A stretch of 64,000 nt of DNA, taken from positions 1 through 64,000 of the forward strand of contig JAANOX010000201.1 of the NCBI GenBank assembly GCA_020184695.1. The letters run 5' to 3'. The position numbers and the translations under genes were made by a program. The DNA is from Histomonas meleagridis 2922-C6/04-290x. Taxonomy: Eukaryota > Protista > Parabasalia. Positions 31,101 through 41,063 of the stretch are shown here, piece after piece. Under the pieces are notes generated by a model. It was not told where the DNA came from. It did no database searches and saw nothing but the letters and a program-made list of their open reading frames with translations. Each line of letters begins with the position of its first letter. Position 1 is the first letter of the stretch.

Positions 31101-33873
31101 ATGTTGCTAAATTCGAATATAATAAATTAATGTCGATTTTAAAACGCATTGTTATAAAAACGTTTTTATTTAAGTCATCACCTTTCAAGCCATTTAATTT
31201 AGTGATCGATGTATTAAATTTAATAATATTATTATCATTTTCAGTATAATTTGTTGATTCTAAAATTTTTATTAATAATTTGATCATTTTATTATTACTA
31301 TTACTTAGTTCTAGTAATTGTGTAGTTAAAGGTGATGATGAACGAATAGAAGCAATTTTACATAAGAATGGAATTATGATTTTCTTTTGTAATTTAAATG
31401 ACATTTTTAATTTCATTTTAATTCCATGGAAATTAAATTTAACTTCTTCTTTTTCATATGATAAAAATCGTAATAAAAGTTGATCAATTAAAGAGTTTTG
31501 ACATTGTTTTAAGTTAAATGGAGAAATAATACAATTTTCATATAATTCTTTGATATATTCTTTAAATAAATTCGTTGATCCAAAAATAGAAAATTGGAAT
31601 AATAAAAATTGTGGATTCCTTATAATATACATAAAATCAAATGTTTCTACTATAATTGTTTTAATTATGTTATAATATTTATTAATATTATTTGATTTCC
31701 GTATAAATTTCGACATATTATTAAGTAAATAATTTGAAGGTAAATAATTATATTTAATTTTCGTTGTTATATAAAATAATTGAAATATTATATCTAAATA
31801 TTCTTCGTTTTTCTTCTTACAAAATATTTCATATATATAATCAAATAAATTAATGAAATCATTTGTAAAGTTATTATTTTCTGTTATAATATTTAATATT
31901 AATTTAGACAAATTTAATGATAATAAATAATATTCAGAAATATCGATTTTTTCGATACATATTTCATATGTATTATGTAACCATTCTATAAATGAATAAA
32001 ACATTGACTTTTTAGTTATATAATGAAATGATTTTTCAATCGCAATGATTATCCAATTCGATATTTCTTCTTCAAATAAAAAATTCATGAATTTAGTACA
32101 CGTTATTTCATTACCTAATAAACCTGAATGTAATGCTTGAAACAAAAATCCAAAAATTATTTTTCTAAATTTAATTATTAAATTTTTCTCATTAATTTCT
32201 TTGTTATAAATAATATATTGTAATTTTTGTGATAACATTATTGTAATTGATAATAATTCAGTTTTAATGTTTGTATCAAAAAATGTTGGAAATGAACTTA
32301 AATAAAAAATTATTTCAATCGATATAATTGGATTCGAATTCTTAATTAAATTTACTAAATGTTCCGAACAATAAAATGATAATATCTTTATAATCGTTTG
32401 TCGAACTGATATCATTAAATTATTAATACTATTCTCATAAAAAATCGAATGCTTTTCATTAAATATATTTGTTATAATGTTTTTTTCTAAATTTTTATAT
32501 ATCGTATCAAACGTTTGAATGTTTGATATAGTATTAACAAATTTTGGTATCTCAATTATATTATAAAATAATGCTAAAAGTATTATAAATGTCGGAACTT
32601 CAAAGTTTTGTTCTATTTCAACAAAAAAATGCGCAAATTTCTCAATGAATGGTATCGAATAATTCAGATTTGACTTGTTTAAGAATTGGACAATCGAATT
32701 ATTAAATTGACGGAATTGTTGCGTTAAATATTCAGAGATATTATGAAAGATTAATGGCCTTATTAATATTCTCCTTTTAAATATATTTTTGTTTTTGATT
32801 ATTTCCATGTTTTCATTGTTCTCATATTTGTTAATGTTTTTGATTTCTTTTAATATTTCATATTGTTCATCCGGAAATTTTAATTCGGAATTTTCTTCTT
32901 TTTCTTTTTGTACTTTACATATGATTAATTTAAATAAGCGCTCGCCATAAATTTCAACGAAACTTGTTAAGTTTTTGAAGTTTGTTAATGATGAAATAAT
33001 TGGAAAAACTTGAGGTTGGAAATTATCAAAGAATGGTAATAAGATTCGGATAAAATCATCGGATAAATACGTAATGATCTTGTTTTCATTACTGAATAAA
33101 CTTGAAATGAACTTTAAAGTGATGTCTGAACATGATGAATATTTATCTTCACTTGACCGACTTTTAGTAGAACTATCATTTTGACTGGATTCACTGATGC
33201 TTTGTTCAGAACTTTCACTTGGCGACCTTCGTTTTGATATTGGTCTTGCGATATTATTATTTCCATTATTGATCATTATCTTGCAAAGCTTAACAAAAGT
33301 TGGGGCAAATGCCTCAGAAAGTCGATTGTTAACACTAATATGATAAAATATTTGCATAACTGTGTCATATTTAATTTCTTCATTGATAATCTGTGAAACA
33401 ATGATTTCAAAAAAAGCTGTGGATGCACTACTTAGTTCTTCATATGCAAGTGAACTTGTAAGACCATTTATAAGTACATATATTTTTTGATTTTTGAGAT
33501 TGTTTTTGTTTTCTTTATATATAAAGGAAATGGCATTATAAAGAACTATAATGGCTGCAAAAGGGGAAATTTCTTTTTCACTACTTGGCTTGATAATACT
33601 TTCTAATAGATCCAGATCATAAAAAAAATCGAAATTAATTATTTTAAGCATTTCAATATCTTTCATTCCAGCTTTATAGGCCCTGATGATATTTGTTTTT
33701 GTGACTCTTTGAAGTTTTTTAAATGTGTTTTTTTCATTATCTTCAATTGCATAACTTAATTGTTGAAAATCAACTGATTGAAGTGCATTTTTGTAGTATA
33801 ACACATCATATAATGGCCCTTCTGGAAATTTTGGATTTCTTTCTGGTAGAGAAAATAATTCCCTAATTTTCAT
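28120..33873 (-). CDS. Very large protein related to parabasalid Beige/BEACH family (helical, lectin-like middle, WD40-like C-terminus)
   Basis: 1917 aa open frame; LLFNFDIWKK segment and ConA-like beta region as in neurobeachin-like proteins; C-terminal WD-like repeats; no BEACH motif recognised. Confidence 0.5.
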   Translation of the reverse strand: MKIRELFSLPERNPKFPEGPLYDVLYYKNALQSVDFQQLSYAIEDNEKNTFKKLQRVTKTNIIRAYKAGMKDIEMLKIINFDFFYDLDLLESIIKPSSEKEISPFAAIIVLYNAISFIYKENKNNLKNQKIYVLINGLTSSLAYEELSSASTAFFEIIVSQIINEEIKYDTVMQIFYHISVNNRLSEAFAPTFVKLCKIMINNGNNNIARPISKRRSPSESSEQSISESSQNDSSTKSRSSEDKYSSCSDITLKFISSLFSNENKIITYLSDDFIRILLPFFDNFQPQVFPIISSLTNFKNLTSFVEIYGERLFKLIICKVQKEKEENSELKFPDEQYEILKEIKNINKYENNENMEIIKNKNIFKRRILIRPLIFHNISEYLTQQFRQFNNSIVQFLNKSNLNYSIPFIEKFAHFFVEIEQNFEVPTFIILLALFYNIIEIPKFVNTISNIQTFDTIYKNLEKNIITNIFNEKHSIFYENSINNLMISVRQTIIKILSFYCSEHLVNLIKNSNPIISIEIIFYLSSFPTFFDTNIKTELLSITIMLSQKLQYIIYNKEINEKNLIIKFRKIIFGFLFQALHSGLLGNEITCTKFMNFLFEEEISNWIIIAIEKSFHYITKKSMFYSFIEWLHNTYEICIEKIDISEYYLLSLNLSKLILNIITENNNFTNDFINLFDYIYEIFCKKKNEEYLDIIFQLFYITTKIKYNYLPSNYLLNNMSKFIRKSNNINKYYNIIKTIIVETFDFMYIIRNPQFLLFQFSIFGSTNLFKEYIKELYENCIISPFNLKQCQNSLIDQLLLRFLSYEKEEVKFNFHGIKMKLKMSFKLQKKIIIPFLCKIASIRSSSPLTTQLLELSNSNNKMIKLLIKILESTNYTENDNNIIKFNTSITKLNGLKGDDLNKNVFITMRFKIDINLLYSNLATLYLLKINDSANTELTIYIKNYVLNVKYKENDGKEHITEFASIFNQKALSRNDYLEYETKSHFLLIVISSNNNKPYVGIIQDNLVNTKFEFVKMNFLNEDLNCNICYIEQPKNIIDYEYGSINNLNIFNRNLTSIEVSNLHEKFYNNINNKLNVEIISENNNIEQNKQHPLSYFLINPKTFNNSQNLLEKSGDLNLLKSLKYLIKNKGNNNNTLFENIDFIKGFDINFQLYYILYDIFKSIQQEQTAKEFLEKLLFNFDIWKKCDATNLQQIIIHMKTELIFYAQRIISKNSYLPNIIKFYQTNDEKIKYLMIDLIELIANYNFGENDYQSIVLLCKESYEKKTFKIDIFLVQRISLIIYSNKLIQQRFISLLLFYFKKSFIDFNDENDFSLQFLSIINELNIDINFNILITIFMNESKKENILTFMNKLIVEIKKYPNYSILCMTLMLAINDYNKIDEILNNNIKINIQNDNFWFLWPLILSFKVNENQKQLKIFDFMSKVIWDNMNNQNNFKNVMLILYVIDLFFLYTNFENKEQKFNFLNSLYKQIDKNNFDLLNSFLNISIFSSYYHMYSPEKVTNKYPLDNIQQIKEFFQTKKKKKLKCELKQNNVFKLSEKIISENQSADRKFSLQDLILKAPNKSIEISQFEDISIHYQSSSKILELLNKEFEQSIKEYNFILNYNQGEEIKTNKRNKPKKQIKEKMLKRIPLTTNKCIYSFIHNGYVCYIDVEGNIVFYPFQTTNSKSTKNKITKTYKINNLINVKFFQSSECLLCYDKVNKKLKRYSTKEFSEIDFYVENDIISSNNKNILFAKQNLIKHVDRKKIIYRANNYITKFAQNKHFRVIACSNSDNEVEIWNTAKASSKMFYKFEELIEHIMITNGNGSVVFTIGKMFYVTDAFGQNLKSFVLDAKIVLWKNALNTKKEDFVLFIDDKFNLGVIPVDEPEKKMVIKKHMFCALALGYSNGYVCVVQCDGNLEMIPMDLDNIESSPSSE

Positions 33874-34603
33874 CCTCCTTTGACACTTTTTTGATATAAA
33901 AATATAAAAGTTCGGCTTTTTAAACGCTTAAGAAAGATTGAAAGGGGAAAAAATTTATTTCAATTTAGGTTATGTAAAATATTCAAAATGACTTTTTCAT
34001 AATTTATAGTCACCTTGCTATTTCTTGGCAATTTCTCCATTGTTAATAATTGTCAATTGTTTTTTTCCAAGTCTTTATCCAATTTGAAGTTAAATGAAAA
34101 GGCTTGTTATGCTACAAAAAAGAAAAAAACTCGAAAAAATGTTTTTTTTTAACAAGGATATCAATTCTAACTTAAATTGTTAAACTTCTTCATGCAAAAT
34201 AACATATCCAACAAGTTCTTTTTATGGTTTCCCACTAATTGAGTGAAATGAAATAGATTTCATGAACATTATAATAGATAATGATTTCCAAATTGTTATA
34301 GAAAGTGATTTAAAATGGACAACTTTACTGCTTGTAACTTTTTTTTTATACAAAAAAGAAAAAGAAATTTTGGTTTGTGAATAATTCCGAAATTTGATGA
34401 GCTTATATATAAGAAAAGAAAAAAATTATTTCTCAATTTCTCCTCTATTCTTTATTACTTCAAACTATATACAATTAAAGTCTGTAAATAAAATTTTATC
34501 ACGATTATTTCTTTGTTGATAATTGAAAGGATTTATAAATCCTTTCAATACTTCAGCTGCCTAACAACTTTTTGAGATTGGTTTCGGTTATTTTATTGTT
34601 TGG

Positions 34604-35164
34604 ATGAAAGAAGAAATTTCTTTTAAAGTTGTTTTTCTTGGCGATGCAGATGTTGGGAAAACATCAATCATAAACAAATATCTTAACTACAACGAAAAAA
34701 TAATACCAACAGTTGGGGCTACAAATTTAAAAAAAAGTATCGATTTGAACGGAGTTTCTTATAATTTAAACATCATGGATACAGCAGGACAAGAAAGATA
34801 CAGAACGGTTGTTCCCCTCTATCTTCATGGTGCAAATGCTGCTGTATTAGTTACAGATGTTTCAAAACCGGAATCCTTAGAATCAATTGATTACTGGATG
34901 AGCTTCATCAGAGAAAATGCTACAGATATATCTGTAATTGTTTTATGTTGTAATAAGATTGATCTTGCAGATGTTCGAGCTTATGATTCGAAAAGTATTC
35001 AAGATAAGGCAAACGAATACCAAATAACATACTTCGAAACATCAGCTGTGTCTGGTGTAGGAATTTTCAAGCTTTTTGAATTTCTTATTTCAAGACTCGC
35101 ATGTTCTCAAGCACCTGATGTAACAAATCTGAAAGAAGCAAGTAGCGAGTCTTCATGCTGCTAG
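34604..35164 (+). CDS. Rab-family small GTPase
   Basis: GDADVGKT, DTAGQERY, NKID, ETSA motifs; C-terminal CC prenylation site. Confidence 0.93.
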   Translation: MKEEISFKVVFLGDADVGKTSIINKYLNYNEKIIPTVGATNLKKSIDLNGVSYNLNIMDTAGQERYRTVVPLYLHGANAAVLVTDVSKPESLESIDYWMSFIRENATDISVIVLCCNKIDLADVRAYDSKSIQDKANEYQITYFETSAVSGVGIFKLFEFLISRLACSQAPDVTNLKEASSESSCC

Positions 35165-35560
35165 TGTAATTGTTATTAAAAGAATTTATTATTTCTCATG
35201 AGAAATATAAATTTATATAAACTATAAAAATCAGTTTTATTGATATAGAATTTAATAATTTTTGCAATCAAAATACAACGCAAAGAAATTTTTCATGTAT
35301 TTTACGAATCAGTCGAAATTTTAATAATATTCAAAAACTTATAACATGATTAATTACAATAAAAATCATATTTTAATTGTGAATTAATATACATAAATTA
35401 TAAAAATTATTGAGAATTCTTGGTTTTAATTCATGATTAGGTTGAAAAAACGAAAGAAGAAACGCCGCGGTTCGAAGGAGCCCGTTTTGTATTCAAAAGT
35501 AAAATCTTTGTATTGAAATCGTTCAACCGTCACCACTTTTTGAGGCCTCTTCCTTTTTCG

Positions 35561-36193
35561 ATGAAGTGGTTCAACAGCCGCGCATTGTTCAATGTTGGTC
35601 AAGAAATTACGGCGCGGTGCATGACTGCACATAATATATTTAGTCAGATTGAATGTTTCAGTGTTGATATCAATGATTTTCAAAACTATTCAAACATAGG
35701 AAACATAAGTTTTCCACCATCAGAACCGCAAGCAATAACAATGACACCATCATTACCAACAGACCCAGATGAAACAACATTTCGGATTTTACAAACAGCG
35801 ATTAGTTATGCTTTTCCAGATTTTGACTTTTCATATCTTACACCGCATTGTTTTAAAGTTGCAGATTCACCAGAAAGAATTCGAAACAACATGTCTTGGA
35901 ATTTTACATCATCTTTGCCTTATTCAGAGGACTTATTTCAACGTGTCTGGAATGCTATTGAATGCGAGATTCAACCTGCAACATGTGATATATATACATA
36001 TGAGCCACCATGCTCAGACGCATTTTCAGCTATGGGAGCATTATGGAATGTCAGTTATTTCTTTTTCAATGTTAAGCAAAGGAAAATTCTTCATTTCCAT
36101 ATGCGTGAAGGAGCATCAGACTTTGAACCTATGCTGGACGAAGAAAATGACATTTACAGTCTCGAAGAACAATATTCATTCTCTATCTTTTAA
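35561..36193 (+). CDS. MAF1: Maf1, repressor of RNA polymerase III
   Basis: AFPDFDFS, WNAIECEI..CDIYTYEP, GALWNVSYFFFN..RKIL match Maf1 boxes; likely start ATG 35561 (MKWF), preceded by M5-like CCTTT at 35552. Confidence 0.85.
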   Translation: MKWFNSRALFNVGQEITARCMTAHNIFSQIECFSVDINDFQNYSNIGNISFPPSEPQAITMTPSLPTDPDETTFRILQTAISYAFPDFDFSYLTPHCFKVADSPERIRNNMSWNFTSSLPYSEDLFQRVWNAIECEIQPATCDIYTYEPPCSDAFSAMGALWNVSYFFFNVKQRKILHFHMREGASDFEPMLDEENDIYSLEEQYSFSIF

Positions 36194-36790
36194 ATTGTTA
36201 ATTTATAAAAAATTTATTAAAAATACTTTTTTCATGGCAAATGTAATCATGATCATTGAGATTAAAAACTTTGCTCGTGTGTAACATTGTTCGATCAAAC
36301 CTTAAAAAAATGAATTGACCTTTTAGATGAAGCATCTTAGAACAACGTTGTTCTTTCAAAGAAATGGATTTGGGAATTTGCGCAATTTGAAAATTTTCAG
36401 GCGTTCTCATTACTAAATCATGAATATTTTAAAAACTCAGTTTAATAGTAATTTATGATTTATCTATCGAAGGAAAGAAAATTATTATATTATAAAATCT
36501 ATTTATAACAGCATAAAACAAGTACACTTTAATCTCTTTATTTACATTATTTTACAAGTTATAAAAGTAAGCCCACAATTACTGTCGACACAAGAAAGTA
36601 ATTGTTTAACTACTTTGAGAGTAGATATGAAAAAAGTTCCATTAAAGTGTTTATCAATAAAAATGATAAAAATCTTTTTTTAATTATTGTTATAATTGTG
36701 TATCTTTTAAAGGTGGAGATGCGAAATATTTAAACGAAAGGAATTTCAAAACGATTTATTTTGCCCATTTCACAAATCTATTTTTCATGT

Positions 36791-37405
36791 TTACACTGCT
36801 GGGTCTTGAGTTTCTTGGGAAGAAATTTCTTGTAGCTGCGTTTCTTCTTGTAATTGAACATGTCCTTGCGGTTGAATAAATTCTTGTGCTTGCACTTGAG
36901 ATTGTATTTGGTTCATTTCTGTTATATCAACTGGAGGTGGAATCATAACTTTTACTTGTTTGCCTTGGTTCTGTTTGTTGGCTCCTTTCTTGGATCTTCC
37001 ATTCAGACTAATCCACCTATTTTTGACTGTGATATCAGTTCTTTTTGGAAAGAACTTGGCAATTCGTGACCATTGAGGGCCAAGCTCTTCATGTTTTTCA
37101 CGAAGCAGTTCGTCCTCTGCTTCACTCCATGGACCATTTGAAACAGACGGTGAAAGATAATGTTTCCATCTTTCACGACATTGACGTGGATTACGATTTT
37201 CCATATGAGAAGCAATGTTACGCCAATCATTTGTCCCATATGTTGAAACTAAGCTTTTTAATTTCTCATCTTCTTCGTTTGAAAACTTTCTCCGTGAAAT
37301 TGGAGTTTTATGAATTGGAATATTCCCTGGATTTGCCCCTGGAAGGCTTTGCATCCAATTAATGATTTGTGGATTTATACCCGCAGGGGTGATGTTAGGA
37401 TTCAT
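36791..37405 (-). CDS. R2R3 Myb-like DNA-binding protein
   Basis: KFSNEEDEKL..NDWRNIASHMENRNPRQCRERWKHYL; PWSEAEDELL..WSRIAKFFPKRTDITVKNRW. Confidence 0.95.
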   Translation of the reverse strand: MNPNITPAGINPQIINWMQSLPGANPGNIPIHKTPISRRKFSNEEDEKLKSLVSTYGTNDWRNIASHMENRNPRQCRERWKHYLSPSVSNGPWSEAEDELLREKHEELGPQWSRIAKFFPKRTDITVKNRWISLNGRSKKGANKQNQGKQVKVMIPPPVDITEMNQIQSQVQAQEFIQPQGHVQLQEETQLQEISSQETQDPAV

Positions 37406-37604
37406 TTTTTGAAAAAGCGCGCCAAATTAGCCGTGGAATTCAATTGAAACGATACCATCGTTTTGTTTGTGTAAATTTTGATTTTATACAACTTCAATGC
37501 TATAAATACTCCTTTTGTATTATTATCTACTTATTTCCCATTATTTTCCTCATGATGAGTATTTTGGTAATAATAAATAAAATCAAAAATAATATTAAAA
37601 AATA

Positions 37605-38126
37605 TTAATCAAAAATTACTTGACGCGAAATTCGACCTGATAATGTAGTGAAATATTTTCTTTGTTGTGTTTCAATTTGATTTGGTATTTGAATGTTTCC
37701 TCCTTCTAATTTCTTTCTTGCACTTATTTCGGGTGAAAAAATTTCTAATCCAAGTTTTGTAAATGCATATGAATCTTTTTTAGATTTAATAATATTCTTA
37801 TTTAAAAGTTTCCCTAAAAAATATTTCGTTCGTTTGGTAATAATATGTTGAGATCCTGTTTCTTTATAATCATGAAGATATTTGTTGATCTTATGATAAC
37901 TAACATATTCATTTTCTTTCGTTTTTTGTGAAAAAATTGCTTCTGCTATTAATTTTTCATAATCGCCTATTTTATATGTGATTCTTTTCTTTTTTATTTC
38001 ATTGTTCCTTCCTTTCTTTTTATTTAAATTTTCTTTTTCCTTTCGTTTTTGATTTTGTTTTGATTTGATTGTCGCTATTCTTGTTGATTCTCTAATTGTT
38101 TGTTGTTCTGAACCTCTTGTTTGCAT
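37605..38126 (-). CDS. Basic protein with linker-histone H15-like winged-helix region
   Basis: Lys/Arg-rich N-terminus; YEKLIAEAI..VSYHKINKYL..FLGKLLNKNIIKSKKDSYAF resembles the H1/H5 globular domain pattern. Confidence 0.5.
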   Translation of the reverse strand: MQTRGSEQQTIRESTRIATIKSKQNQKRKEKENLNKKKGRNNEIKKKRITYKIGDYEKLIAEAIFSQKTKENEYVSYHKINKYLHDYKETGSQHIITKRTKYFLGKLLNKNIIKSKKDSYAFTKLGLEIFSPEISARKKLEGGNIQIPNQIETQQRKYFTTLSGRISRQVIFD

Positions 38127-38404
38127 AATAATGATTGAATTGAATAATTTTTATTGATTTAATTTTATGGAGATGAAACATTATGAAAACTCATTATTTT
38201 TATTTTATTTGAAGATGTGTATTATGAAATCATTTTAAACAAAACCTCTCTTCATCTTTTTTCTTTATTAAAAATTTATTTAAATTATGTAACATAATGT
38301 TAATCATTCATTCATCAAAACAAAAAATAATAAAAATAAAAATAAAAAAAAAATTATAACATTTTATTAATTAATAATTATTCTATTAATTAAAAAAACA
38401 TAAT

Positions 38405-39085
38405 TTAATGATCATTAAAACTTTGATTCGAATATTTCGTAAATAAAAAAGGAGAAATGAAATCTGAAAGAATTGGATCTGATTTCACAGCATGTAAAAC
38501 TTGTTCAACTGTAAGAACTGTGGGCGCATCTGTCGGGTTTTCGAGAATTTTAAGTTCATATGTGCTTTTTAAGATACGTTTTAAAAACAATTTTAGTGCT
38601 GAAAGAATAATTCCAACTGATTTGGAATCAAACGATTTAACTTTTTCATTCGTAATAATACTCATTCGTTGTGATAACTGATTAATCGATTGAATGTGAT
38701 GAAAATCTGATGCAGAAAATGTATTAAACATTTTGATTTTCGTGTTTTCTGTCGAAGAATTATTAGTACTTGGTGCTTCATGTTTAATTTGATGTTTTCG
38801 TTGTTTCCGTGGAATGTTGATGCCTGGTGGTGGGATTCGTGAAAAATGGGCATTAAAAAGAATCGAACGAAGTAATTCATTATGTAAAAACTTGGCAGTA
38901 TCATTATGTAATATTTCTTTGATTTCTGAATCATACGTCGATTTTGCACACATACCATGTAAAAAACGTGATAAAAGACTCCAATAACGTTCATCAACAA
39001 ACTCTTCCAACTTATGACGAATACTAATGGTATCTTTCCGATTAGAATAGATATCACCTTTTTCTCGAAATTCTTGAAGATTCAT
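38405..39085 (-). CDS. SAGA subunit Ada1/TADA1-like protein
   Basis: RYWSLLSRFLHG..YDSEI..FLHNELLRSILFNA and RMSII..ALKLFLKRIL resemble the SAGA-Tad1 domain and histone fold. Confidence 0.65.
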   Translation of the reverse strand: MNLQEFREKGDIYSNRKDTISIRHKLEEFVDERYWSLLSRFLHGMCAKSTYDSEIKEILHNDTAKFLHNELLRSILFNAHFSRIPPPGINIPRKQRKHQIKHEAPSTNNSSTENTKIKMFNTFSASDFHHIQSINQLSQRMSIITNEKVKSFDSKSVGIILSALKLFLKRILKSTYELKILENPTDAPTVLTVEQVLHAVKSDPILSDFISPFLFTKYSNQSFNDH

Positions 39086-39232
39086 TTGGTTTGCTGGATT
39101 TTTGTTGTTGGATTTCTTTCTTTATTTTGGCAACAAATTTCTGTGTTGACTTAAATTTGTATACGTGAACGTTTAAAATGAAAAACGAAGAAAAAAAAAT
39201 GAAATGAATTTAATTTGAGAAATATACATTTA

Positions 39233-39680
39233 TTAAAGTCCTTCTAATGTTGAAAATACTTTAACACGTTCTTGAAATGAATGTTCTTCAAGTGTTTTGG
39301 ATATATTTTGAAGTTCTTTAAAATATTCTTCACGTGAAAAATTTTCAAATGTATGAACAAGAATAGGTTGATTCCCTTCATAAAATTCATAATCAATAGT
39401 TTTAAGTGTTAATTTCATATCATGTTTTTGAAGAAAGTCATAAACAAACTCGTAAGCTTGAAGCCATGATTCTTCTTCTGATTCTTTAGGTTTTGATTGT
39501 AATGTACAAAATTTATGTTCTTTAGAACCAATAACTTCTTTCGTCATTTTGTGATAAAGTTTTGCTTGAAAATAATTACTCGTTCCTTTTTGTTTCATTT
39601 CTTCATTAACTTTCTCTTGAATTTCTTCTTTTTGGAATTTTACGTGGAAATTTTTTACTTTTAGGAAGTTTTAATGTCAT
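39233..39680 (-). CDS. FOP/CEP43/CEP20-like LisH protein; +1 frameshift in a T-run near 39609-39613
   Basis: EEIQEKVNEEMKQKGTSNYFQAKL and EFVYDFLQKHDMKLTLKTIDYE (LisH); the copy at 61145 has the intact N-terminus. Confidence 0.65.
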
Positions 39681-39820
39681 AACAAATAAAATTTAAAGAA
39701 AAAAAAAATTAAAAAAATAAATAAAAAAGAAGAGAAATACGTTAATGAAAAATATGAGAAATAAACCTAACAAAAGTTGTCAAAAAAGGAAAGAAAAGAA
39801 AAAAGGAACAGAAGAACTAA

Positions 39821-40537
39821 ATGGGAGCTTTTTACAACGGATTTGTTTTTACACTTGTTGCTATTCTTATCTTTATTCTCTTTATGTTATTCTATTATTT
39901 TGATAAACTTGAAAAACAAAATCAACTACTTGTTGATCTTTCGAAAGCTAAAGTTGAAAGTACTACATGGATTAATACACTTTTGTCACGAATTCTTACA
40001 CATTTCCGAACAGATTTAGCAGTTAAATATATTAATGAAGAAGTTAGCAAATCGTTAGGACCAGACTTCAACTTTTCACTTCGAACAATTGGTGAAGATG
40101 TCAAAATATCACCAGTTTCAACACTTGAAGAAGAAGGTAAACCACCAATTCTTTTTATTACAGTTAGTTGGGAAGATGGTGTTTCTTTTGATATTGAGAA
40201 ACTTTCAAATCTTCAAGGCAAACCAATAGACAAGCCAGAAGAACGGATTAAAGTTGAGATTGATGTTCGTAAAGTCGAAGTTACGACTAAACTTCATTGG
40301 CGTGATGAGAACACCATTCTTCTTAACTTCTTCTATCCAAGCAAAACAGACTTTGATGTCACCGTCAATCTTTTTGGTCTTTGGAAGATGTGTCCGACTG
40401 AAATCCCAATATTTGGCCCGTTTGTTAAGAACATGATTGCATTTGCGCTTACTACACTTGAAATTCCTATTAACATTCCGGCCATCAACAAAGGAATTCA
40501 GGAAGAAGAAAAAATCCAAATTAATAAATCAGAGTAA
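39821..40537 (+). CDS. Membrane-anchored SMP-like lipid-transfer domain protein
   Basis: N-terminal TM GFVFTLVAILIFILFMLFYYF followed by ESTTWINTLLSRI, the typical SMP-domain opening. Confidence 0.55.
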   Translation: MGAFYNGFVFTLVAILIFILFMLFYYFDKLEKQNQLLVDLSKAKVESTTWINTLLSRILTHFRTDLAVKYINEEVSKSLGPDFNFSLRTIGEDVKISPVSTLEEEGKPPILFITVSWEDGVSFDIEKLSNLQGKPIDKPEERIKVEIDVRKVEVTTKLHWRDENTILLNFFYPSKTDFDVTVNLFGLWKMCPTEIPIFGPFVKNMIAFALTTLEIPINIPAINKGIQEEEKIQINKSE

Positions 40538-41063
40538 ATCATTCATGAATTTTCTCTTTATCATTTTTAAATTATGTTTTTATTAAATGTTATTTCGTTC
40601 CTTATGAACATATTGTTATTTGTGTTGGAATGTTAACGATTTCTTTGTAATCTAAAGTAATTAATTTTTTGATATTTGTGGTCATTGTATTTATTCAATC
40701 GATCACATTATGTTACTCTATACGTTTTAACATAATTTATGCTGCATCCCAAAGAGATTAGATATATTATAGTTTTTTATGTAATGTTGGATGTACCAAA
40801 AAGTTGAGACATTAGGATTTTTCATATTAGAAATATTATTATGTTTCCATTCAAATGATTGAAAATAAATCGTAAATTAGATTATTAATTAAGATTTTAT
40901 CAATTTATGATGAATTTTATAAAAAAAAGTTAGTCATAAGATATGGACTCTTTATTAAAGGATTACGTCCCACTAATTAGGGATTACGTTATCTTTCATG
41001 CTAAATGAATGATGCTTGATCGTCTGGCGCGATTTTAACCCCCTCTTGTTTTGTTTAGAAAAA

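Larger units (their letters stand above)
37479..40628. repeat. Left arm of ~3.15 kb inverted segmental duplication (partner 60191-63349)
   Basis: Four genes and their spacers recur in reverse complement at 60191-63349; boundaries located by eye. Confidence 0.95.

Noticed and set aside
33950-34500. Possible decayed gene on the minus strand
   Set aside because: Too fragmented to support a call
36198-36410. ORF with QRCSKMLHLKGQFI, faintly like a Tc1/mariner C-terminus
   Set aside because: Single weak motif; no DDE residues or TIRs
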